Shown here in pieces: positions 33,354-42,009 of a stretch of 64,000 nt of DNA. Source of the stretch: Solirubrobacterales bacterium (GTDB taxonomy: Bacteria; Actinomycetota; Thermoleophilia; Solirubrobacterales; 70-9); contig DASSHE010000015.1 of assembly GCA_035693065.1 (NCBI GenBank), positions 18,814-82,813 of the forward strand, given 5' to 3'. The translations under genes and the position numbers were made by a program. A model generated the notes under the pieces. That model worked only from the letters and a program-made list of their open reading frames with translations. It made no database searches and was not told the DNA's origin. The stretch's first letter is position 1; every line of letters starts with the position of its first letter.

Positions 33354-34091
33354 ATGGAGCTGCGCGTCCTCAGCCTCTATCCCGAGCAGATGAACATCTA
33401 CGCCGACCGCGGCAACATCATCTTCCTGCGGCGGCGCTGCGAGTGGCGCGGGGTCGGCTTCTCACACGCCGGCGTCGGGCCCGGCGAGCGCTTCGACCCG
33501 GCAGACCACGACCTCCTCTACATCGGCGGCGGTCAGGACCGCGACCAGCGGATGGTCGCGGCCGACATGGTCGCCAGCAAGCGCGAGGCGATCGCCGCCG
33601 CGGTCGACGACGGCGCCGCCCTGCTGGCCGTCTGCGGCGGCTACCAGCTACTCGGCCACAGCTACCAGCTCGGCGAGGAGAAGCTGCCGGGCCTGGGGAT
33701 CGCCGACCTGGAGACGGTGCGAGAGCCCGGCGAGCGGCTGATCGGCAACGTCGCGATCGAGGTCGACCTCGGCGCTGGCCCCCGCGTCCTCGCCGGCTTC
33801 GAGAACCACGGCGGCCGCACCTACCTCGGCCCGGGGGCCGAGGCGCTGGGGCGAGTCGTCTCCGGCCACGGCAACAACGACCGCGACGGGCTCGAGGGCG
33901 TCAAACGCGACCGCCTGATCGGCACCTACCTGCACGGCCCGCTGCTGCCGAAGAACGCCTGGCTCGCCGACCACCTGATCGCCGGCGCCCTCGAGCGCCG
34001 CTACGGCACCAAGCCCGAGCTGGAGCCCCTGGACGACGAGCTGGAGGCCGCGGCGCACGAGTCCGCCCGCCAGGCCGCAGCCCGGGAGTAG
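33354..34091 (+). CDS. gatD: lipid II isoglutaminyl synthase, glutaminase subunit GatD (CobB/CobQ-like GATase)
   Basis: LLAVCGGYQLLG carries the catalytic Cys. GTYLHGPLLPKN is also present. Starts 1 nt after the preceding stop. Confidence 0.8.
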   Translation: MELRVLSLYPEQMNIYADRGNIIFLRRRCEWRGVGFSHAGVGPGERFDPADHDLLYIGGGQDRDQRMVAADMVASKREAIAAAVDDGAALLAVCGGYQLLGHSYQLGEEKLPGLGIADLETVREPGERLIGNVAIEVDLGAGPRVLAGFENHGGRTYLGPGAEALGRVVSGHGNNDRDGLEGVKRDRLIGTYLHGPLLPKNAWLADHLIAGALERRYGTKPELEPLDDELEAAAHESARQAAARE

Positions 34092-34098
34092 CGACGGA

Positions 34099-34530
34099 CT
34101 AGCGGCCGCTGGAGCCGAAGCCGCCCTCGCCGCGGGCCGAGTCGCTCAGCGCCCCGGACTCGACCGGGTCGGCGAGCGAGATCGGCGACAGGACCAGTTG
34201 GGCGATGCGGTCGCCCGGCTCGACCCGGAAGGTCTCAGCGGGGTCCGTGTTCAGCAACAGCACCCGGACTTCGCCGCGGTAGCCGGAGTCGATCAGGCCC
34301 GGGGCGTTGACGAGCGAGATCCCGTGCTCGCGGGCGATCCCGGAGCGCGGCAGGACCAGCCCGGCGTGTCCGGCCGGGATCTCTAGGGCAACTCCGGTGC
34401 CGACGCTCCAGCGCTCTCCCGGCCCGATGTGGGCGGACTCGCAGGCGTAGAGATCGAGCCCGGCATCGCCCTCGTGCGCCCGCGAAGGCAGCACCGCCTC
34501 GTCTTTCAGCTTGAGAACCGGAAGCTCCAC
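34099..34530 (-). CDS. dut: dUTP diphosphatase
   Basis: C-terminal part of listed ORF 34099..35946, GTG at 34530. Motifs: AGLDLYA, LPRSG, GLIDSGYRGEV, RIAQLV, GGFGSSG. Confidence 0.85.
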   Translation of the reverse strand: MELPVLKLKDEAVLPSRAHEGDAGLDLYACESAHIGPGERWSVGTGVALEIPAGHAGLVLPRSGIAREHGISLVNAPGLIDSGYRGEVRVLLLNTDPAETFRVEPGDRIAQLVLSPISLADPVESGALSDSARGEGGFGSSGR

Positions 34531-34550
34531 GCGCGGCAGCCTATCGGGGC

Positions 34551-35882
34551 TCAGGCAACGGCGAGATCGCTGAAGCGGTGGAGCTCGGCCGAGGGCACCC
34601 GGGCGTGGACGAGGACGCCGTCCTCGCGCTCGGTCCGCTCGAGGTCGCCCGCCACCTCGTGCAGCTCGTGCAGGCGGGCGCCCTGGCTGTAGGGGATCAG
34701 CAGCTCGACCTCGGTCAGGGTCTCCTCGAAGGCCGCCTCGATCCGCTCCCGCAGCCCGTCCAGGCCCTCCCCCTCGAGGGCGGAGACCAGCACCGCCTCC
34801 GGGTGGTCGAGCTCGACTTCGCGCCGTGCCTCCTCGCTCAGCAGGTCGGCCTTGTTGAAGACCAGCAGGCGCGGCTTCTCGCCGGCGCCGATCCCCTCGA
34901 GGACCTCGTCGACCGCCCGAATGTCCCCCTCCCGCCGCTGCTCGGAGGCGGAGGCGTCGACCACGTGCAGGATCAGGTCGGCGAGGACGGTCTCTTCGAG
35001 CGTGGCCTTGAAGGCCTCGACTAGCTGATGCGGCAGCTTCTCGATGAAGCCGACGGTGTCGGTCAGCAGGTAGTCGCGCCCGGAGAGCTCGAAGGTGCGG
35101 GTGGTTGGGTCGAGGGTGTGGAAGAGGCGGTCGCGGACCTCGACCTCGGCCCCGGTGAGGGCGTTCAGCAGGGTCGACTTGCCGGCGTTGGTGTAGCCGG
35201 CGAGGGCGACCCGCGGCAGCGAGGAGCTCTCGCGCCGGGCCCGCATGACGCCGCGGTTGCGCTCGAGGTCGGTGAGTCGGCGCCGCAGCGCCGCGATCCG
35301 GTTGCGGGCGAGGCGGCGGTCGGTCTCGATCTGGCTCTCGCCGGGGCCCCTGGTGCCGATGCCGCCGTCCATACGGCCGGCGCCGAGGCGCTCGAGGTGG
35401 GTCCAGAGCCCCCGCATGCGGGCCATGTTGTATTCGAGCTGGGCCAGCTCGACCTGGAGCTTGCCCTCGGCCGAGTGGGCGTGGTCGGCGAAGATGTCGA
35501 GGATGATCGCGGTGCGGTCGATCACCGGCACCCCCAGCGCGCTCTCCAGGTTGCGCTCCTGCCGCGGCGCGAGTTCGTCGTCGCAGGCGACCAGGTTTGC
35601 CCCGGCCGCGGCGATTTCCTCTTTCAGCTCGACCAGGCGGCCGCGGCCGAAGTAGCGATCGGGGTCGGCCTGCGGCCGCTGCTGGGTCGCTTCGCCGGCG
35701 GTCGCGACCCCCGCCGTGCGCAGCAGCTCCTTCAGCTCGGCCAGCGGGTCGCCCTCCTCGCGGCCGCTGATCACCGCGATCGCCATCGCCCGCTGCCGGG
35801 CGCGCGGGTTCGAGACGCCGGCACCGTTGGCGGACGCCGCGAGGCGGGTCTCTGCCTTCCTGCCGTTTCTCGAAGTTTGCAC
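34551..35882 (-). CDS. hflX: GTPase HflX
   Basis: G1 is LAGYTNAGKST, G3 is DTVGF and G4 is NKAD. An HflX N-terminal domain is present. Confidence 0.9.
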   Translation of the reverse strand: MQTSRNGRKAETRLAASANGAGVSNPRARQRAMAIAVISGREEGDPLAELKELLRTAGVATAGEATQQRPQADPDRYFGRGRLVELKEEIAAAGANLVACDDELAPRQERNLESALGVPVIDRTAIILDIFADHAHSAEGKLQVELAQLEYNMARMRGLWTHLERLGAGRMDGGIGTRGPGESQIETDRRLARNRIAALRRRLTDLERNRGVMRARRESSSLPRVALAGYTNAGKSTLLNALTGAEVEVRDRLFHTLDPTTRTFELSGRDYLLTDTVGFIEKLPHQLVEAFKATLEETVLADLILHVVDASASEQRREGDIRAVDEVLEGIGAGEKPRLLVFNKADLLSEEARREVELDHPEAVLVSALEGEGLDGLRERIEAAFEETLTEVELLIPYSQGARLHELHEVAGDLERTEREDGVLVHARVPSAELHRFSDLAVA

Positions 35883-35961
35883 TCAGGCAAATTGTATGGG
35901 TTGGCCCGGGCCGACCAGATGACTGGCTACGCGGCCAGGCAATCATCTAGGGTTTGGGATC

Positions 35962-36957
35962 GTGAAGGTTTTCGTCACGGGAGGCACGGGTTTCATCGGC
36001 GGCGAGGTCGTGCGCCAGTTGCGCGCCCGGGGCGACGAGGTCGTCTGCCTCGTCCGCAACCCCGAGAAGGGCGCCGCCCTGGCCGCGCTCGGCTGCCAGT
36101 CGGTCAGCGGCGAGCTCGGCAATGAAGTGGCCATCCGAACCGGAATGGAGGGCTGCGACGCGGTGATCCACGCCGCCGCCGTCTACGAGGTCGGAATTCC
36201 AGCTTCGCAGCGGCCGGCGATGCGTGATGCCAACGTTGGCGGCACCGAACGCGTCCTCGGCGCGGCGCTGGCGCTGGGGATCCCCAAGGTCGTCTACGTC
36301 TCCACCGTCGGCGTCTTCGGCAACACCAACGGCCAGGTCGTCGACGAGTCCTACGAGCACCCCGCCCAGAGCTTCACCTCCGCCTACGAGGAAACGAAGT
36401 GGGAGGCACACCAGGTGGCGAAGCGGCTGATCGGCGAAGGCCTGCCCTGCGTGATCGTCCAGCCCGGGGGCGTCTACGGCCCCGGCGATACCTCCTCGAT
36501 CGGCCAACTGCTGGATCAGTTCCTCGCCGGCAAGATGCCGCTGATGCCGTTCCCCGAGCTCGGCATCTGCCTCACCCACGTCGAGGACATCGGCGGCGGG
36601 ATCCTCCTCGCCCTCGACCGAGGGAGGACCGGCGAGGCCTACGTGATCAGCGGCCCGGCGACGACGATGCGGGAGGCGATCGGGGTCGTCGCCAGCCTCA
36701 CCGACCGCAAGCCGCCGCGCGGCGCGATCCCAACCCCGCTGATGAAGGCGATGATCCCGATCGGGCCGCTGGTCGGCAAGGTGATGGGTCAGCCGCCGAA
36801 CCTCCGCGAGCTGATCTCCTCCGCTGACGGCGTCACCTTCTGGGCCAGCTACGAGAAGGCGAAGAACGAGCTCGGCTACGAGCCCAGGGGACTCGAGGAC
36901 GGCTTCCGCGCCTACCTCGCCGCCGAAGGCCAGCTCCCAGGCGCCACGCCCGATTAG
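35962..36957 (+). CDS. NAD-dependent epimerase/dehydratase (extended SDR)
   Basis: VFVTGGTGFIGGEVV Rossmann motif and YEETK (YxxxK). Confidence 0.8.
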   Translation: MKVFVTGGTGFIGGEVVRQLRARGDEVVCLVRNPEKGAALAALGCQSVSGELGNEVAIRTGMEGCDAVIHAAAVYEVGIPASQRPAMRDANVGGTERVLGAALALGIPKVVYVSTVGVFGNTNGQVVDESYEHPAQSFTSAYEETKWEAHQVAKRLIGEGLPCVIVQPGGVYGPGDTSSIGQLLDQFLAGKMPLMPFPELGICLTHVEDIGGGILLALDRGRTGEAYVISGPATTMREAIGVVASLTDRKPPRGAIPTPLMKAMIPIGPLVGKVMGQPPNLRELISSADGVTFWASYEKAKNELGYEPRGLEDGFRAYLAAEGQLPGATPD

Positions 36958-36979
36958 CCCCACCACATAAGCTGCCCGC

Positions 36980-37810
36980 GTGCGCGTAATCGACGTCGAG
37001 CATCTCGGCCGCCCCCACGTGATCGGCTGCTGGGAGGTGGACGGGGTCCTTGTCGACCCCGGTCCCGAGTCCTCCCTCCCCACCCTGCTGGAGGCGATCA
37101 GCGACGAGCAGCCGCGGGCGCTGCTGCTCACCCACATCCACCTCGACCACGCCGCCGCGACCGGGGCGATGGTCGAGCGCTGGCCCGACCTCGAGGTCTA
37201 CGTCCACGAGCGCGGCGCTCCGCACCTGGTCGACCCCTCGAAGCTGCTGGCCAGCGCCGAGCGCCTCTACGGCGACCAGATGGAGTACCTCTGGGGCAAG
37301 ATCAAGCCGGTCCCCGAGGCCAACGTCCACGTCCTCACCGGCGAGGAGACCGTGCTGGGGATGCGCGTCGCCTACACCCCCGGCCACGCCTCCCACCACG
37401 TCTGTTACCTGCACGAGGCGAGCGGCACCGCCTTCGTCGGCGACGTCGCCGCGGTGCGGATCCCCCCGACCGACCTGGTCGTGCCCCCGACGCCGCCGCC
37501 CGACATCGACATCGAGCTCTGGGAAAGGTCGCTGGCGACCGTCGAGGCCTGGCAGCCGCAGCGGCTGGCCCTCACCCACTTCGGCGCCGTCGAGGACCCC
37601 GCCGAGCACCTCGACGCGGTCCGCACCCGCCTGCGCCAGGAGGCCGAAGCGGCGCGGGAGCTCGACGCCGAGGCCTACGAAGCCGACCTGAGGCAGCGGA
37701 TCGAAGCCGAGATCGAGGACCGCGAGGTGCTCGAGGAGCTGCTGCAGGCGGTCCCCCTCGCCTACCAGTACGGCGGCCTCGAGCGCTACTGGAGCAAGCG
37801 CCCGGGCTAG
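36980..37810 (+). CDS. MBL-fold metallo-hydrolase
   Basis: THIHLDH (HxHxDH) and TPGHASHH. Confidence 0.8.
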   Translation: MRVIDVEHLGRPHVIGCWEVDGVLVDPGPESSLPTLLEAISDEQPRALLLTHIHLDHAAATGAMVERWPDLEVYVHERGAPHLVDPSKLLASAERLYGDQMEYLWGKIKPVPEANVHVLTGEETVLGMRVAYTPGHASHHVCYLHEASGTAFVGDVAAVRIPPTDLVVPPTPPPDIDIELWERSLATVEAWQPQRLALTHFGAVEDPAEHLDAVRTRLRQEAEAARELDAEAYEADLRQRIEAEIEDREVLEELLQAVPLAYQYGGLERYWSKRPG

Positions 37811-37825
37811 GGCGGGCGCCCGACG

Positions 37826-38995
37826 CTAGCTGAGGTGCTCGCGCATCCGCTCGACGGCCTCTTCGATGCGCTCGTCGGGCGTGGTCAGGGAGATGCGGAA
37901 GAAGCCCTCGCCGCTGGGCCCGTACATCGAGCCCGGTGAGATCACCACGGCGGCCTCCTCGAGCACGAGCTCGCAGAACGAGGTCGAGGTGTGGCTCTCG
38001 GGGACGGGGGCCCAGACGTAGATCGTCCCCTTCGGGGCGTTGACCTCGACCCCGATCTCGCGTAGCGCCGAGACGACCAGGTCGCGGCGGCGGGCGTAGG
38101 TTTGGTTCATGCGCTCCAGCGGCCCGGAGGGGCCCTGCAGGGCGGCGACGCCGGCCATCTGCACGGCCTCGAAAAGACCCGAGTCGACGTTGGTCTTGAG
38201 CCGCCAGTAGGTCTGGATCGCCTCGGCGTTGCCGAGGATCGCGGCGCAGCGCCAGCCGGTCATGTTGTAGCCCTTGGAGAGCGAGAAGACCTCGACCCCG
38301 ACCTCCTTGGCCCCGGGTGTGGCGAGGAAGCTGGGCGCGACGTAGCCGTCGTAGGTGGTCTCCGAGTAGGCGTTGTCGTGGACGACGAGGATCTCGTACT
38401 CGCGGGCAAAGGAGACGACGGTGTCGAAGAACCCCTCGGGGACGACTGCCCCGGTCGGGTTGTTGGGGTAGTTGAGGAACATCAACCGCGCCTGCTCCGC
38501 CACCTCGCCCGGGATCGCGGCGAGGTCTGGGACGAAGCCCAGCTCGGGGACCAGCGGCAGCACCTCGGCCCGGGCGCCGGCGAGGATCGGGCCGCCGGTG
38601 TAGACCGGGTAGCCGGGGTCGGAGGCGAGGGCGACGTCGCCGGGATCGAGGAAGGCGAAGCAGAGGTTGTAGATGCACTCCTTGGCGCCGATCGCCGGGA
38701 TCACCTCGCCGGCAGGGTCGATCTCGACCCCGAAGCGGCGGTCGTAGAAATCGGCGCAGGCCTGGCGGAACTCCTCGCGCCCGCGGTTGCTCGGGTACTG
38801 GTGATTGGCCGGGTCGGCAACCGCCTCCTGCATCGCCTTGACAACGTGCGGGTAGGTCGGTTCGTCCGGATCGCCGATTCCGAGGCTGATCACGTCGATG
38901 CCGGCGGCCCGCTTGTCGGCGATCTGCTGCTCGAGTTCCTGGAACTTGTACGGCGGGATGGCCTCGAGGCGCTTGGAGGGGTCGGCGATGCCCAT
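37826..38995 (-). CDS. class I/II PLP-dependent aminotransferase (LL-diaminopimelate aminotransferase-like)
   Basis: NYPNNPTGAV and SLSKGYNMTGWR (PLP lysine) are present, adjacent to the dapF homolog. Substrate assignment is inference. Confidence 0.7.
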   Translation of the reverse strand: MGIADPSKRLEAIPPYKFQELEQQIADKRAAGIDVISLGIGDPDEPTYPHVVKAMQEAVADPANHQYPSNRGREEFRQACADFYDRRFGVEIDPAGEVIPAIGAKECIYNLCFAFLDPGDVALASDPGYPVYTGGPILAGARAEVLPLVPELGFVPDLAAIPGEVAEQARLMFLNYPNNPTGAVVPEGFFDTVVSFAREYEILVVHDNAYSETTYDGYVAPSFLATPGAKEVGVEVFSLSKGYNMTGWRCAAILGNAEAIQTYWRLKTNVDSGLFEAVQMAGVAALQGPSGPLERMNQTYARRRDLVVSALREIGVEVNAPKGTIYVWAPVPESHTSTSFCELVLEEAAVVISPGSMYGPSGEGFFRISLTTPDERIEEAVERMREHLS

Positions 38996-39024
38996 GGGCG
39001 CGGGAATCTATGCGATCCGGTGGG

Positions 39025-39876
39025 TTACTCGCCGTCCAGCTCGGCCAGCGCCTGCAGCAGCTCGGGCGAGAGCTCCCCGGCGAAGACCGGCTCGGCCCAA
39101 CCGTCGAGCCGAACCGCGAGGTCGTCGCCGATCTCGACCTGCAGCTCGCCGCCTTCGAGCTCGACGACCAGCGGGCTGGGAGCGCCGCGGAGGAAGGCGG
39201 TGACGGCGGCCCCGCTGGCGCCGGTTCCCGAAGAGAGCGTCTCCCCCACCCCGCGCTCGAAGATCCGCGCCCGCACCCGGTCGCCGTCGACCGCGAGGAA
39301 GGAGACGTTGGTCCGGTTGGGGAAAAGCTCGTGGCCTTCGATCCCGGGCCCGATCTCACCGAGGTCGAGCTCGTCGAGCTCGGTGGCGTCGACGAGGATC
39401 GCGCACTGCGGGTTGCCGATCGAGACGTGCTGGAACTCCCAGGTCCGACCGGCGGACTCGAGCGTGCCCCTCCCGTCCTCACCGCCGGAGGGGAAGTCCT
39501 TGGAGGTGGTCGCGGCCCGGCCCATGTCGACCGAGCAGGTCAGCTCGCCGGTGATCGTCGGCCGGATCGGCCCGGCGACCGTCTTGATCGCGAACTCGTC
39601 CTCCTCCGTCCAGCCGTGCCGGCGCAGGTAGAGGATCGCCTCCCGCGCCCCGTTCCCGGACAGCTCGGCCTCGGAGCCGTCGGGGTTGAAGATCCGCAGC
39701 TCGGCGACGAACTCCGGCTCGTCGCTACGCGAGAGCAGCAGGATCCCGTCGGCGCCGACGCCGAAGTGCTGGTCGCAGAGCCACTCGACCCGCGCCTCGG
39801 TCAGCTCCCAGGGCAACCGCTCCTGCTCGAGGATCAGGTAGTCGTTGCCGAGCGCTTGCCACTTCTCGAATTTCAC
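39025..39876 (-). CDS. dapF: diaminopimelate epimerase homolog with Ser at both catalytic Cys positions
   Basis: GTG at 39876. WQALGNDY, IFNPDGSEAELSGNGAR and ERGVGETLSSGTGA align to DapF FNADGSE..CGNGAR and ERGAGET.ACGSGA. Codons at 39658-39660 (TCC) and 39229-39231 (TCG) encode Ser where Cys is expected. Confidence 0.75.
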   Translation of the reverse strand: MKFEKWQALGNDYLILEQERLPWELTEARVEWLCDQHFGVGADGILLLSRSDEPEFVAELRIFNPDGSEAELSGNGAREAILYLRRHGWTEEDEFAIKTVAGPIRPTITGELTCSVDMGRAATTSKDFPSGGEDGRGTLESAGRTWEFQHVSIGNPQCAILVDATELDELDLGEIGPGIEGHELFPNRTNVSFLAVDGDRVRARIFERGVGETLSSGTGASGAAVTAFLRGAPSPLVVELEGGELQVEIGDDLAVRLDGWAEPVFAGELSPELLQALAELDGE

Positions 39877-39910
39877 GGCGCGCAGCCTAGACGACCGCGC
39901 CTCCCGGCTC

Positions 39911-41143
39911 CTATTGAACGACCCAGATCGGGCTCGGTTGGAGCAGATTGAAATTTCCCTGGAATTCGGCGGTCGTGTGTGAGTCGCAGGTAGTGGTTTC
40001 GCCTGGCGCACCGGCTTCCCGGGACAGAACGGCTGGCCCCATGCTCATCGAGCCTGACGCCCCGCTGGTGATGGGAGCTCGTACCGGCCCCGAGAAATCG
40101 CAGACCAAGGGCCAGGAATTACAGGTGACTCGCAGCCTGCTGGCGCCAAAACGGTACACCCCATTGGCGCCACCCCCGTAGATACGACCATTCCACCAAT
40201 TCACGGCGCCGACGGTACAGGCGTTGGTCCCGACGGTGCAGGTGCCGAAAATGAAATTCTGGATGACGGAGGAAAGACCTGGATTCCCCCAGCGATGCAG
40301 GGTGACGGACTTGAAAACTGCATTGGCACAGCCGACGGTCATGCTCCAGGCGCCATTATTTGACTCTCCGTTCACCTTGACCGTGGCGTTGGTCGACTTC
40401 CCTTCTATCAGGGTGCTCGCCGCGTACTGGTTAGCGAGCACGCACGGAGATTCGTTCAGCTTGCAGAGCATCGTCGATCGCCCGACGCCGACGCCGACTT
40501 TTTCCGCGCCCACCGTGCCTTTGGTCAGCATTTGGCCATTGAGATAGGCAGTAGTCGCACCTACGCCAAAGAAGGGACATGCGAATCCGTCGACATTTTT
40601 CGTAGCGGCAACGGGGGAGCTAACGAACCTGATGTTGAAAGGAGTCGGTTCCGCTTCGATGGAATTCTGGTAGGTGATCCCATTGATCCCAGTCTGACTC
40701 CCGATCGTGGCGACACAGAGGCCGCCCCCGGCATTGAGACTTATTTTGCTGCTCGATTCGCAGGCGACGTCTGCCGTTCCTCGGTATTCGCCTTCTTCGC
40801 TTTTCGCCACTTCTTCCCCCGCGTGGAAGACGAAGTTGCAGCCGGTGGTGGTCACATTTGCGCCGACAAAGCCAAAGGCGGTGCAGCCTGAGAAAGTCGG
40901 ATGGAGGGTGACCTGTTCAGAGGCTTCGGGGAGCGTGCCGTTGAAATTCACATTCGAGCATTCGAACCCACTGCCGTCGATCGTCCCAACCATCCTCGTT
41001 CCCGGCGCCTGTTCCGCGGTGAAAGTGGTGCTTCCTTCCGCGGTGGAGAGAAACTTCGAGGCGGCGGCAGATGGGGCGAATGCGAGCAGGAGCACCGAGC
41101 CAACCAGGACCGACGCGCTCCAACTACCCCAACTTCGCTTCAT
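39911..41143 (-). CDS. secreted Cys-rich beta-type hypothetical protein in a lower-GC island
   Basis: Signal peptide is SASVLVGSVLLLAFAPSAAAS. Many Cys residues occur in recurring contexts (GFECSNVNFNG, SGCTAFGF, TTGCNFVF, VGCANAVF, GTCTVGTNACTV). GC is visibly lower than in the flanks. Confidence 0.7.
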   Translation of the reverse strand: MKRSWGSWSASVLVGSVLLLAFAPSAAASKFLSTAEGSTTFTAEQAPGTRMVGTIDGSGFECSNVNFNGTLPEASEQVTLHPTFSGCTAFGFVGANVTTTGCNFVFHAGEEVAKSEEGEYRGTADVACESSSKISLNAGGGLCVATIGSQTGINGITYQNSIEAEPTPFNIRFVSSPVAATKNVDGFACPFFGVGATTAYLNGQMLTKGTVGAEKVGVGVGRSTMLCKLNESPCVLANQYAASTLIEGKSTNATVKVNGESNNGAWSMTVGCANAVFKSVTLHRWGNPGLSSVIQNFIFGTCTVGTNACTVGAVNWWNGRIYGGGANGVYRFGASRLRVTCNSWPLVCDFSGPVRAPITSGASGSMSMGPAVLSREAGAPGETTTCDSHTTAEFQGNFNLLQPSPIWVVQ

Positions 41144-41278
41144 TTCATCAGCGTAATCAGCGACCCCTAAGCGGAAGGAGATTTGCCTTCGCGACGCAGG
41201 GGAAGCGGTGTCGTCGTCCCGAATAGCAGGGCTTTTCGATTAGGCCAGCTTGGCGAGGCGCATATCTGCGCGAGCGAT

Positions 41279-42004
41279 TTAGCACTGCCCGAGCAGTTCA
41301 CCGGCGACCGCGGCGTCATTCAGCGAAGTTCGATCTACCCAGCGGAGGCCGGGGATTTTCCTCATCCAGGTGAGTTGTCGGCGCGCATAGTTTCGCGAGC
41401 GCTTCTTCATCGCATCGACGTCGCCGGCTAGGAGCTCGTCGAAGCCGAGGGCTTTGCGGGCGGTGCGGCCGGGGCCGAGGGCGTCGGCGCGGCGGGCCTC
41501 CTCGGCGGCGCCCGCGGCCACTATCGCCTCGGTGCGGGCGTCGATCCGCTCGTAGAGCTGGGCTCTGTCCATGTCGAGGCCGAAGATCGTCGTCGGGTGG
41601 CGGGTCTCGGGCGACCAGAGCTCTGAGTCCTCCGAGTCCGGCGGCACTTTCCGCAAGGAGAGGTCGGCGAGCGCGGCGCGCAGGTACAAGCCCGTCCCTC
41701 CCACGACGATCGGCCGCCGCCCCGCCGCCAGGGCAGCGTCGATCTCGGCGTGGGCAAGGGGCATGTAGTCGCCGATCGAGAAGTCGGAGGTGATCGGGAC
41801 GAAGCTGAGCAGGCGGTGCTCGAGCCGGGCCTGCTCCTCGGCCGTGGCGGCTCCCGTCAGCGTCTCCAGTCCCTCGTAGACCTGGAGGGCATCGCAGTTA
41901 ACCGCCACCGGGTCCTCGCCCCGCTCACGCAGCAGCTTGGCCAGCGCGATCGCCACCCCGGTCTTCCCGACCCCCGTCGGACCGAAGATCGCGACGACGT
42001 TCAA
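41279..42004 (-). CDS. miaA: tRNA dimethylallyltransferase
   Basis: C-terminal part of listed ORF 41279..43303, TTG at 42004. Motifs: IFGPTGVGKT, DALQVYEGL, VGGTGLYL, YARRQLTW. Confidence 0.85.
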   Translation of the reverse strand: MNVVAIFGPTGVGKTGVAIALAKLLRERGEDPVAVNCDALQVYEGLETLTGAATAEEQARLEHRLLSFVPITSDFSIGDYMPLAHAEIDAALAAGRRPIVVGGTGLYLRAALADLSLRKVPPDSEDSELWSPETRHPTTIFGLDMDRAQLYERIDARTEAIVAAGAAEEARRADALGPGRTARKALGFDELLAGDVDAMKKRSRNYARRQLTWMRKIPGLRWVDRTSLNDAAVAGELLGQC

Positions 42005-42009
42005 AGCCC

